Positions 18,401 to 26,832 of a stretch of 29,091 bases of DNA are shown here, one piece after another. Made by a program: the position numbers and the translations under genes. The stretch is from positions 1 to 29,091 of the IMG/VR virus record IMGVR_UViG_3300032516_000008. One strand, given 5' to 3'. This DNA comes from a virus (Duplodnaviria > Heunggongvirae > Uroviricota > Caudoviricetes). Under the pieces are notes generated by a model. It saw nothing but the letters and a program-made list of their open reading frames with translations. It did not search any database and was not told the origin of the DNA. Numbering within the stretch: position 1 is the stretch's first letter; each line of letters begins with the position of its first letter.

Positions 18401-18995
18401 TCCTTTTGCAAATAACTATTTCATAACTGCAATTCAAGTTGCAAGTATATTGAGTTTTTCAGGCGTATCTACTACAGTAGATTCTGGATACATAAAATTC
18501 ACAAGCACTGCAACGATTCAAATAACAAGCAGTGACTGTGCAACTAGACTAGGTTTTTATACAGACAATCTAGTGTCAGATACAGCAACTGAATTACAAA
18601 CTGTTGCAAGTTCATCATTGCAAAGAATTTTGGACATTAGTGTATGGCACGTTGACAGAAATTTATTGCGAGGCTATGAATATAAAGACTTACTAGTCAC
18701 ATATAACGTCACTGATGACGTCACAATGAATCAAAGATTGTTACAAATAGCTAACAGAATAGCATATATCGGTACACGCCAAGCACAAATAGCAGGCAGA
18801 ATCCCAGTAATTGAAGTTGAACTGAGTCCGACATTATATCTAGACAGATGGACTCAAGTTATTAATCGACTAAATAAGAAAACGGGATCGTATTATGCAG
18901 TAGGCAGTAAAAAAATCAACATCATCAATACCCAAAATACTATTATTGATAACAATGCTAAAATTGTTGAAATTCAAACAATGTTAGGGTCTTAA
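15402..18995 (+). CDS. Large virion structural protein (helical ends, repeated beta modules); function unknown
   Basis: 1197 aa with SD AGGAG. Coiled-coil-like termini and three C.Y...[FY].[IL].SGT.G..S.[VI] modules. Confidence 0.55.
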   Translation: MATLSERDRGLLQNKIDDLNKSNKQLQDSIASDQNVVSNLQLFDISSKKFVDEKHLEIYALEEERRILTGKTIIVPVEEDAFWVTTTELNTTLTINDGRLTAQKNDIVFVDVPITSARAYVLSKAAGTDFEIWTRDRKGSTTSEANVPASYSIHSGNNKLTVKIDSITADVKIFEDLFLEIDPGQQPLVIDSFVLSAKLTEGLATAGFTNAQCIYNQNIQTFTIASGTGGTSSTVEVITSAIPTDLANLMKFTSNQVKVVGKYANNKFKVKIDGTENELTLGFDVRIPVHSSLGYAIDDFSADWRQTFSGGLQPAQSNNGAKISLLIQSQLRGIGSDGYLTAECLYYSDSEKFVIYSGTFGNTSSIEILPASDTNRDFRFTIGMDEPTDSRNNETSYNTLQDLYNYLNQNTCLLCSNLSNPTYDCYSLLSVNNALISNIQLVLQTTSMYDRASLSQPNLYGNKIRINSQVNSFDILEGSTPVSVFIPDGDYSESELSSTLQDLLNANTTASNEYVVQYKQAPLSRFIITAKNNFRPMFGTGNNKSTSISTFMGFANFSDPSANKVFISNAISFAGVDFFSMAAIPQFVPYAYLNNQPPYYDNTNTFTESMALSIELSMSSLEAAAVTALMSQINIDNDVRLSNWASVADSELVFKRTSLQMIGFQLSIRSAAYGTADPVYLDMLAEYNSLSTDINDVLSMLPDKTIMHLRQEIGMISKNIFGEGQTTQVVVLTSGVNDDRIYDRPAVEFRYDDAKFLPTKNMTPTYRNNVNYKLQEKIGFSLQTDMATFTTPDLIVHPVTDVKVTIDAAKLQTTVYWVSGSAVDMNLSFISYPNASDVITAITAQYSTSIKNEIWSRYTEKYMLFNGDSFSILIGAGSVQTINISCSNGSSISGAIPMTSIASGMTLDVALNGESTKTITFPWTTMSGLETAAIIQSLIRLLIADSMENQFAYSNFICTYQGGTYNLYSGTSGTGSIVNVTGGTAQLLLQLGSIEAPGTGPFANNYFITAIQVASILSFSGVSTTVDSGYIKFTSTATIQITSSDCATRLGFYTDNLVSDTATELQTVASSSLQRILDISVWHVDRNLLRGYEYKDLLVTYNVTDDVTMNQRLLQIANRIAYIGTRQAQIAGRIPVIEVELSPTLYLDRWTQVINRLNKKTGSYYAVGSKKINIINTQNTIIDNNAKIVEIQTMLGS

Positions 18996-18996
18996 T

Positions 18997-19197
18997 ATGT
19001 CAGATATTAAATGGGATCGAACAAATCGAATCGGTTTTCAAAATGTCTTGGAACCGTTACTTGTTGGACTAAAAGAATCTCTAGAACATGAGAAAAAAGA
19101 ATTAGTACATAAATTGGAAAATCTAAAGCGACTTGGTGTGATACAAATTAGCAAAGATGAATTAGACAAACTAAAAGAGACGGATACTACAAAATGA
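18997..19197 (+). CDS. Small coiled-coil hypothetical protein
   Basis: 66 aa. Fills the gap exactly: 1 nt after the previous stop and an ATGA overlap with the next gene. Confidence 0.7.
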   Translation: MSDIKWDRTNRIGFQNVLEPLLVGLKESLEHEKKELVHKLENLKRLGVIQISKDELDKLKETDTTK

Positions 19198-22100
19198 TTA
19201 GCTTATCATCTACTGCATTAAATTTCGGATCATTGTCAAAAGGTGATGTTGCCACTAAGCAAGTAACAATTTATAACACTGCTGTAACTGTAGTCACTAT
19301 AACTGACATTGTAAGCTCTAGTGTAGATTATGAAATTGCACCGTTGTCATTTTTCATAGACGCAAACAGTGCTAAAAATATAACAATCAAATACACCGCT
19401 AATAGCCAAATAACTGCAACTGGCACAATAGCGATATCTAACACTGCCGGTCCTGATGAAATAGCAAATGTAACAGCAAATGTGTTGGAACCAGTTGTTG
19501 TTATTAACACATCTGATTTGAATTTTGGTAGATTAAGTGTCAACGACTCACTGACACTGACGAGATCAATTAGCAATATTGCTACTAATGGTTCAAAATT
19601 GATCGTTGAAGTTTCTAGCACTGATTCAAATTTCGCAGTTAAACAGTCTACAATTGAAATTCTTGCAGGTGAATCTGCAGATATTGAAATACAATTTGTA
19701 CCCACAACTTCAGGTGTCAAAAGCGGTACGATAAATCTAGTAACTAATGACCTTACAGGCTCATATTCTTTCAATACTGATGGCGACAGTGTTATACCTT
19801 CTTGCACAGTATCAGTACCGTCAGTTAGTTTCGGATCAATACCTATAAACATGTCTGCTAGTGCTACATTCAGTGTGACAAATAATGAGACTGATGTAAA
19901 TGTAATTGTAAGCACCGTAACTATTGATGACAGTGAAGTCTCAATTGATATTGGCAGTGTCAAGATTTTACCACTACAATCTCAAATATTTACAGTTACG
20001 TTTTTACCAGTAACTTCAGCTTTAGTTTCAGGTTCTGTAAGACTATCAAGTAATTCTGGTCTACTAATAGTGAATTATTCAGGCACCGGACTAGTGATAC
20101 CTGCAATAATAGTGTTACCGACATCAATTAATCTCGGTATATATTCACTAAATGTTGATCGTGATGTAACTATCACTATACAGAATATTGGTGTAGTTGA
20201 TCTTACAATAAGTAGTGTAGTTTTTCCAACAGTAGTGGGAACTACATTTACTTCTTCTGTTACTTTTCCGCAGATAGTTAATCACGGTGACACGCTATCT
20301 TTCACTGTCACTATACAATCTGCATCAGAAATCAACTTTACTGATGTCATTACTATATATAGTAATGCATACAGCAATCCGCATACTATTGCTATTACGG
20401 GCGATGCACAGTCACCGAATATTGTAGTTGATGCTGCTACTTTAGATTTTGGTACTACGTTAGTTGGTGAAGAAAAAGTATTGTCATTCACTATTCAAAA
20501 CACAAAAGATGCAGATTTATTGGTTACTATTGGTAATGTTAACGCTTTTACCGTATCTAATAATAACTTTGTTGTCGCAGGTAATAGTTCATATATTGTT
20601 AACGTGATGTTTTCACTTGATGCGCCCGGAAATGTAAGTGAAACGCTAACGATAAATTCAAATGACGTTTTCAATCCAATAGTCACAGTTGACTTATTAG
20701 GATCAGCCTCACTTGATCATTCATTTAGGGTCATACCTGAAAAAATACAAAACAATTTCATATCAAAAAACGTTTCAAACATTATCGAATTGACTGTCAT
20801 TAATCGTAGTTCACTATCGTCAACTATTAATAGCTATTCTGTCACTGACTTGCTAGGTGTAGCATCTTATAGCATAACTGTTGATACATTGCCTGTGACA
20901 CTGGTTCCGGGAGAGTCTGTTGCTCTAATTGTTACATTACTAGCTACTAGTATTGGAGCTGTTGCTAGTGACATAAAGTTTAGTACTACAGTGGGTCAAA
21001 CTGCAACTTCTTTAGTTGTTAGATATGAAGGTGAAGTATTTTCACCTACAATACAATTATCAAGTACTAGTGTAGCTTTTGGCGGCATAGCAATTGGAGA
21101 AACAGGTTTTCAAGACGTAATGATAACTAATGCAAGTCGTGAATCAGATTTGATGATAGATTTGTCATCAACAAATGATGCATTTCATTTTAAGGCACCA
21201 ACGCAAGAAAATCTAGTCGTGTCTTACGTAAATTCAAAATATGTCGTTAGTACTGCAAATCAAAATTTGTTACTAGATTCAATAACAGTTTATGACAACG
21301 TGTCAGGTGATCAATATACTTTAGGAGATCCTACAAATCCTACTCAGTTTTCAGCAAATACAGATACAGGACTAATAACTGTTAATGCTGCATCTAATGG
21401 CAAATCGTTAAGAGTCAGTTATGATCGTAAGTTATCTACAAGTTCGCTTGTGATACTGAAAAATGAAAGCAAAGCCGTTAGTATTGGATTTTCTCCGCGA
21501 CAACTTGGATATCAATCAGGATCTATCACAGTACAATCAAATGATGATGTCAATCCCATTTTGTTAATAAATGTTGATGGCACGGGACTAGCAAATATAG
21601 CGTCTATATTACAAGATAGTGTATTAGTAGAATTCATTGCAAAAATAAATTCGTCAGTGATACAAAGAGTAGTTCTGAAGAATATTGGTACTGTAAAATT
21701 ACACGTGACAGGTGTTACAGTATCTTCACCATTCTCAGTTGAAACAAGTCAATTTAGTATTGACCCAAATGAAACTTACAATTTAGGCATAATCTTCAGT
21801 CCGACTGACAATGTATTAGTTAGTGATAATGTAACGATTCATAGCAATGCGCCTGATTTAGACATAGCTGTTACTGGTCAAGGTGACTATCCTCGTATAT
21901 CTTTACCAGTATCATTTGATTTTGGTGATGCAGCAATCGACTTACAAACTGATAAGACACTACCTATACAAAATACGGGCATTGTAGATCTAACAGTTGA
22001 ATTACAGCTAAATTCTTCATATTTCAATGTCAGTCCTACAGTATTTTCTGTGTTACCAAATAGCACGTATGACGTTACAGTTTCATTTAAGCCGACAGCA

Positions 22101-22507
22101 GTTCAGTCATATACTGAAAGTATCAAGATTATCAATGACGACATAACACAACCTCAAATTGATTACGCTATAACAGGCACTGGTGTTGACAAACCGGTTA
22201 TTGAAACAGTTTCTAGACTTGAGTTTGATAGAACTAATGTTAGAGAGACTACACAGAAAGTACTTGAAGTTTTTAATAGAGGGTCTGAGACGCTATCAAT
22301 AACTAATATTTCAGTGACTGAAAATCTAGTGTCATTCTCATTAGCATCTGGGTCATCTGCTAACATTTCACCGGGTTCATCCACACAGTTTACAGTGATA
22401 TTTTCTCCACAAAGTGCGCCAAAAGACTTTATTACTGGCAAAATAAACATTCACAATAATGACACTTCTAATCCAAATGTAGAAGTGCTACTTAAAGGTA
22501 AGGGTAT
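19194..22507 (+). repeat. Ten tandem Ig-like (ASH / choice-of-anchor-D-like) protein domains
   Basis: Unit starts: LNFGSL, LNFGRL, VSFGSI, INLGIY, LDFGTT, IQNNFI, VAFGGI, VLVEFI, FDFGDA, LEFDRT. Recurrent F.P...G..SG.[IL].[IV].SN motif. Confidence 0.8.
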
Positions 22508-24839
22508 ACAACCAAAAGGCGAATGGCAATCATTCAATTTGAGTGAGATGATGCCAGATGCACTAGTGTCTACTGCAACTGCTATTGATGATGTAATTGA
22601 CCCTTTGAAGACAATGTTGAATCTGATTAAGACAATTTTGAATTTAGTGAAGGTGCTATTGGTAGATACACAAAGTGCGCTAAAAGTCATACTACAAAAG
22701 ATATTTGACGTAATCAAGATGTATGTTGATGACTTATTGTCATCTGGCGTGTACATGTTACCCGTATTTCCAAGTACGAATTATTATGATCCAGGCAACA
22801 ATACTAGTGAGTTTGCTAAGTTTTTAGCCAGTGTTGGTGGAGGGTCGGCTAATTTCAAACAACGAGTAGTAAATTCATTTGATGATATTTATGATAGTCA
22901 GCGACCTCAATTTTCTGACACTGGCACTTGTGGCGCATTTGTAATAGCTATAGATTCTGGTAATATTGGCGAAATTATTAAGGGTATAATGGCATTACGT
23001 AAGATATTTACGGCAATTGATTGGACGCCAAATGTGCAAGAACCTCAAGCACTTCAGGCATTATCTGGAGATAATGTCATTTTGCGATGGGAATTGCCAG
23101 AGTTTTTGACGTTTAATGTCGCTGGTATTTTTAACAAGCAAAAGTTTGTAGATTTGATTGATGGATTTGAAGTTTATAGATTAGAGGCACCGTCAAGAAT
23201 GGCTGTCGCGACTCAAGTTCATCGTGATAGTAACAATCAAATTATATCTGAAATTGGTGATGTAATTGACATAACGACTAACGAGAAAATTGAGCCGTTG
23301 CCTAATTCTGTATCTGCAAGAGATGATTATCAGTTTAGAATCAGTAATTTTGCTGTTGGCTGGAAAGACGCTAATAGTCAAGACACTGCTAAGGCTATGG
23401 GCTATGAGTATGAGGATAGTCATTACAGTGCGCAATCTGGTAAGAACTACTATTATACAGTTAGGTCAAAGCTCGGTGATGTATATAGTAAGTTGTCTAA
23501 TGAAGTGACAGCGGCAAAGATTGTAATTGAAACTGCACCGGTTGGTGAAGAATTCTTGAATCGTTGTTCGAATTTTAGATGTATAAAGACAAAAGCAGTT
23601 ACAAAAGTTATCAAGACACTATCACAGCCGACAGTTAAGTTGATCAATAGAACAGGTATTGTGATACAGTCAACGTCAAGATTTAGTGAAAATAGCATAG
23701 TTGCTGATGCTAATGAGCAGCAAGTTAATACGTTTATTCAAGTCATAAATTCAGTTCATGTTGACATTAGTAATTTGATTGTTAGAAATCCATCAGAAGC
23801 TGCTAGAAGAATTTCTACAAACAAATTAAGTATTGATGACAAGTTGTTTTTTGCTAATGGTGCAATGATAAACTGGGATGATTCAGGTAGTTATGATAAT
23901 TCTGGTAGTGTTAGTGCGCCAGATAAGCAAGAGTATTTTAGTATTTTGAATGATACAAGATTAGTTGCTGGTTGGGATTTGCTAGTAACGTATAGAGGTA
24001 GTGATACAGTACTGACAATGAATGATATATCGGGTGCAGGGTATAAGCAGGGTGATAGCATAGTTATTGAATATTATGTTGGTAGTTACACTTCACGTTG
24101 TGCAAAGCAGAAAACTGAGTTTAATGAAGTGGCTTGTAATAATGGTGCTAATAAAGCAATATGTGTAGATTATTCTAATGTCAAGTGTATATATCATGGT
24201 GGAACAGTTTGTTTGAATAAAGGCAATACAAAGTTAGATAACAGGTGTATACCGAATGTAACGTTTTTTGATGAGAATAGATGTCAAGATGGGTCGATGG
24301 GTGGTGAAGTTAGAGCAATTGATTTGATGAAGCGAAATGATGCAAGTTATTGTATTGATACTACAGGAGTGTGCGCAGGATATCAAGCGCTGGGTGAGCA
24401 AAGTATAGGGATGTATCCTAATTGGACAAGTTTAGTAGCGATGAAGTCGTTTATAAAGCCCGTTGAGGGATTTATTGATACATTAGAAGCTTGGGTTAGT
24501 AAGGAGTTGGGTGCAATACAAAAAGGGTCAGATTCAACAACACAGTTTATTGATTTGTTGACAAAAAAGATTGAAGCGTTAGAAAAGTTGATTGATACAA
24601 TACAAGCGATATTAGATACATTTTTAGCAATCTTTTCTAGTGATGCCGGTTTTCACATATTGACAATAGATCCAGCTGCTGGCGGAACGCAGAGGGTAAA
24701 GCAGTTGATTCAATCTGCTGAAGGTGGGCCTGATTCTGGACCTGAAGGATATACTGCAGGGCTAGTGCTGCTAATTGGTTCAGCAAATGCTGCAGAAATT
24801 CAAGCTACCTATCAATTCTTGAAGTTATTTTTTAAGTGA
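19194..24839 (+). CDS. Giant multidomain tail/baseplate protein: ten Ig-like (ASH/PapD-like) domains, duplicated helical module, FN3-like domain, Cys-rich segment
   Basis: 1881 aa. About 100-aa repeats starting [LV].FG..........T[IV].N and ending V.L.G.G. FN3-like PQAL...VILRW..P..GFEVYR..YYYTVRS. Nine Cys in 92 aa. Confidence 0.7.
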   Translation: MISLSSTALNFGSLSKGDVATKQVTIYNTAVTVVTITDIVSSSVDYEIAPLSFFIDANSAKNITIKYTANSQITATGTIAISNTAGPDEIANVTANVLEPVVVINTSDLNFGRLSVNDSLTLTRSISNIATNGSKLIVEVSSTDSNFAVKQSTIEILAGESADIEIQFVPTTSGVKSGTINLVTNDLTGSYSFNTDGDSVIPSCTVSVPSVSFGSIPINMSASATFSVTNNETDVNVIVSTVTIDDSEVSIDIGSVKILPLQSQIFTVTFLPVTSALVSGSVRLSSNSGLLIVNYSGTGLVIPAIIVLPTSINLGIYSLNVDRDVTITIQNIGVVDLTISSVVFPTVVGTTFTSSVTFPQIVNHGDTLSFTVTIQSASEINFTDVITIYSNAYSNPHTIAITGDAQSPNIVVDAATLDFGTTLVGEEKVLSFTIQNTKDADLLVTIGNVNAFTVSNNNFVVAGNSSYIVNVMFSLDAPGNVSETLTINSNDVFNPIVTVDLLGSASLDHSFRVIPEKIQNNFISKNVSNIIELTVINRSSLSSTINSYSVTDLLGVASYSITVDTLPVTLVPGESVALIVTLLATSIGAVASDIKFSTTVGQTATSLVVRYEGEVFSPTIQLSSTSVAFGGIAIGETGFQDVMITNASRESDLMIDLSSTNDAFHFKAPTQENLVVSYVNSKYVVSTANQNLLLDSITVYDNVSGDQYTLGDPTNPTQFSANTDTGLITVNAASNGKSLRVSYDRKLSTSSLVILKNESKAVSIGFSPRQLGYQSGSITVQSNDDVNPILLINVDGTGLANIASILQDSVLVEFIAKINSSVIQRVVLKNIGTVKLHVTGVTVSSPFSVETSQFSIDPNETYNLGIIFSPTDNVLVSDNVTIHSNAPDLDIAVTGQGDYPRISLPVSFDFGDAAIDLQTDKTLPIQNTGIVDLTVELQLNSSYFNVSPTVFSVLPNSTYDVTVSFKPTAVQSYTESIKIINDDITQPQIDYAITGTGVDKPVIETVSRLEFDRTNVRETTQKVLEVFNRGSETLSITNISVTENLVSFSLASGSSANISPGSSTQFTVIFSPQSAPKDFITGKINIHNNDTSNPNVEVLLKGKGIQPKGEWQSFNLSEMMPDALVSTATAIDDVIDPLKTMLNLIKTILNLVKVLLVDTQSALKVILQKIFDVIKMYVDDLLSSGVYMLPVFPSTNYYDPGNNTSEFAKFLASVGGGSANFKQRVVNSFDDIYDSQRPQFSDTGTCGAFVIAIDSGNIGEIIKGIMALRKIFTAIDWTPNVQEPQALQALSGDNVILRWELPEFLTFNVAGIFNKQKFVDLIDGFEVYRLEAPSRMAVATQVHRDSNNQIISEIGDVIDITTNEKIEPLPNSVSARDDYQFRISNFAVGWKDANSQDTAKAMGYEYEDSHYSAQSGKNYYYTVRSKLGDVYSKLSNEVTAAKIVIETAPVGEEFLNRCSNFRCIKTKAVTKVIKTLSQPTVKLINRTGIVIQSTSRFSENSIVADANEQQVNTFIQVINSVHVDISNLIVRNPSEAARRISTNKLSIDDKLFFANGAMINWDDSGSYDNSGSVSAPDKQEYFSILNDTRLVAGWDLLVTYRGSDTVLTMNDISGAGYKQGDSIVIEYYVGSYTSRCAKQKTEFNEVACNNGANKAICVDYSNVKCIYHGGTVCLNKGNTKLDNRCIPNVTFFDENRCQDGSMGGEVRAIDLMKRNDASYCIDTTGVCAGYQALGEQSIGMYPNWTSLVAMKSFIKPVEGFIDTLEAWVSKELGAIQKGSDSTTQFIDLLTKKIEALEKLIDTIQAILDTFLAIFSSDAGFHILTIDPAAGGTQRVKQLIQSAEGGPDSGPEGYTAGLVLLIGSANAAEIQATYQFLKLFFK

Positions 24840-24870
24840 TTTGATAGTGCGATAACTATGGAGGTACAAG

Positions 24871-25335
24871 GTGGCATTTGATTTTTTGGGCATATTTTCA
24901 AAACAAGATTTAGACAATTTACGAACTTTCTTACAGGGCGAACTCAATAAGGTCGACGCTCAAATAAACCACATGGTTTTAGAAGCAAATAAGCTTCAAA
25001 AGACAAGATTAGAATTATTGAATCAAGCTACTAGAGTTAATGCTAAATCTAAAACTTTCGATAACACGTTTCACAGAAAAGTACAAAATCAAGTTGATGA
25101 TGCTGACGCTGCATTGTTAGTGCAAAGAGTTAAGCAGCCGTTTTATCAAAACATAAAAGTTAAAGATTACTACGAACACAAAATAAGAAAGCTGATGGAT
25201 GAGATAGAACAATTACAAGAACAAGTGCATTTATTACGTATATCAAAGGGTGAATTCAGGACTGATATTGAAACCATTAATTCACTGTTTGATACCAAGC
25301 ATACATTCTTAACAGTTGAACAAGAAGTAATATAA
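24871..25335 (+). CDS. Coiled-coil hypothetical protein
   Basis: 154 aa. GTG start with SD GGAGGT. Two heptad-rich helices. TAATG overlap with the next gene. Confidence 0.7.
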   Translation: MAFDFLGIFSKQDLDNLRTFLQGELNKVDAQINHMVLEANKLQKTRLELLNQATRVNAKSKTFDNTFHRKVQNQVDDADAALLVQRVKQPFYQNIKVKDYYEHKIRKLMDEIEQLQEQVHLLRISKGEFRTDIETINSLFDTKHTFLTVEQEVI

Positions 25336-26819
25336 TGTCATACGATTCTAAATTACTGCGCTATTGTGATCATAGAATAGTTGAGGAAGATCACGCAGTC
25401 GACATTGACTTCAAGACTGTATATTTGAATTCATTTGTTGCTAATATGAATGACGCTTCAGTTAGAGTTAATAATGTTCTATGGGACAAGAATAACAAAT
25501 CTGAAGTACTATACGAACAAGATGTAACTAGTCAAATTCTCGGAACTAATTCTAACTTTGTTGTATCTCGAGTACCTGTTTACAACGGTGCAAATAAAAA
25601 ACAAATAGCATCAAGAACTACAGACGCTACAGTACAAGTTATAGTTCATGATGAAGATGCATCAGCGCAGTTCACCGGCACAGACAAATTACTAGTCACA
25701 CAACATAGACCATTAATGTCTAGCTATAACATCTTTGCAGTTCAATTGACTGCAAATGATGTAACAGTTATTGTCGATTCTGTCATTGTTGACATTGACT
25801 CTATTGAACCTAAATACGGCAAAATAATGCTAAAAGAAGCACCGGTTTTCGGTGCGACTGTCACTGTAACGTATAGCTATAAAGCTAAAGTAACTTCATT
25901 TAATGCAAACACTGGAGCTATAGTTGTTAAAGAGACACCGGCTTTAGGACATGACGTACTAGTTTCATATTACTATTTAGCACCTGACGGTTGGACAATC
26001 GTTAATGATACTACATTGAAAAGCAGTACATTAGTATTTGATAGAGAAAAGCAAACAAACGATATTTTAGTTCAAAATGAAGATGATTCATATCAATTTA
26101 CGGGTCTTGAAGATAGGTTTTACACACAGAATAAACCGATAATTCCGCCAAGATCAAAATTAAGCACTGACCCGTCTACTACGATGGTAACACAGATCAT
26201 TGTTAAAGTCAATGGTCAAAGAGTGTCACCATTGAATTTTGATCCGAATACAGGCTTGATAGTGTTGGGACTGAAGCCAAAGACGACAGATGCAGTGACA
26301 GTGACGTATAATTATAGAAGCGTGAATCCGACAGATATAATTTCAGTGAGTTATCAGGTTGATGTTAACAAATGCAAGAAGTGCAAGCGCACAGGTCAAT
26401 TGAATGATTTTGACTATGATAAGCTTGGTGAATTGATTACAGTACAAGATGAACAGAAGTTAATGCAAGATGTATTGAAATTCACTATTGCCATAAAGGG
26501 CTCGAACAAGGCTCATTCATGGTGGGGAACATCATTAGTTTCATATATTGGTACAGCTAAAGTACAAGAGTATTATGATCCGAAATTTAAGAGTGAGATA
26601 ATTGATGGTGGTAGTAAGATAAAGGATTTGCAGCTACAGCAATCTCAATATCAAGAAGTTACTGATGAAGAGTTTTTCAGTTATTTTGACAATATAGTCG
26701 TGCAGCAAAGTGACTATGATTACAATTTTTACGAGATAAGTGCATCAATTGTGTCACAAGCTGCAACTGCTATTGCAATGAATACGACATTGTATTTTAA
26801 CAAGCCGTTGATGAGTTAA
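25335..26819 (+). CDS. Baseplate wedge / sheath-initiator (gp25-like C-terminal domain) with N-terminal beta repeats
   Basis: 494 aa. C-terminal EQKLMQDVLKFTIAIKGSNKAHSWWGTSLVSYIG resembles gp25/GPW proteins. Located directly before the J-like gene. Confidence 0.65.
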   Translation: MSYDSKLLRYCDHRIVEEDHAVDIDFKTVYLNSFVANMNDASVRVNNVLWDKNNKSEVLYEQDVTSQILGTNSNFVVSRVPVYNGANKKQIASRTTDATVQVIVHDEDASAQFTGTDKLLVTQHRPLMSSYNIFAVQLTANDVTVIVDSVIVDIDSIEPKYGKIMLKEAPVFGATVTVTYSYKAKVTSFNANTGAIVVKETPALGHDVLVSYYYLAPDGWTIVNDTTLKSSTLVFDREKQTNDILVQNEDDSYQFTGLEDRFYTQNKPIIPPRSKLSTDPSTTMVTQIIVKVNGQRVSPLNFDPNTGLIVLGLKPKTTDAVTVTYNYRSVNPTDIISVSYQVDVNKCKKCKRTGQLNDFDYDKLGELITVQDEQKLMQDVLKFTIAIKGSNKAHSWWGTSLVSYIGTAKVQEYYDPKFKSEIIDGGSKIKDLQLQQSQYQEVTDEEFFSYFDNIVVQQSDYDYNFYEISASIVSQAATAIAMNTTLYFNKPLMS

Positions 26820-26832
26820 GGGAAGGAACAAT

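Noticed and set aside
19328-19963. 211-aa minus-strand ORF, and the other short minus-strand or nested ORFs in the track
   Set aside because: They lie wholly within long, well-supported + strand genes and show no protein-family features.
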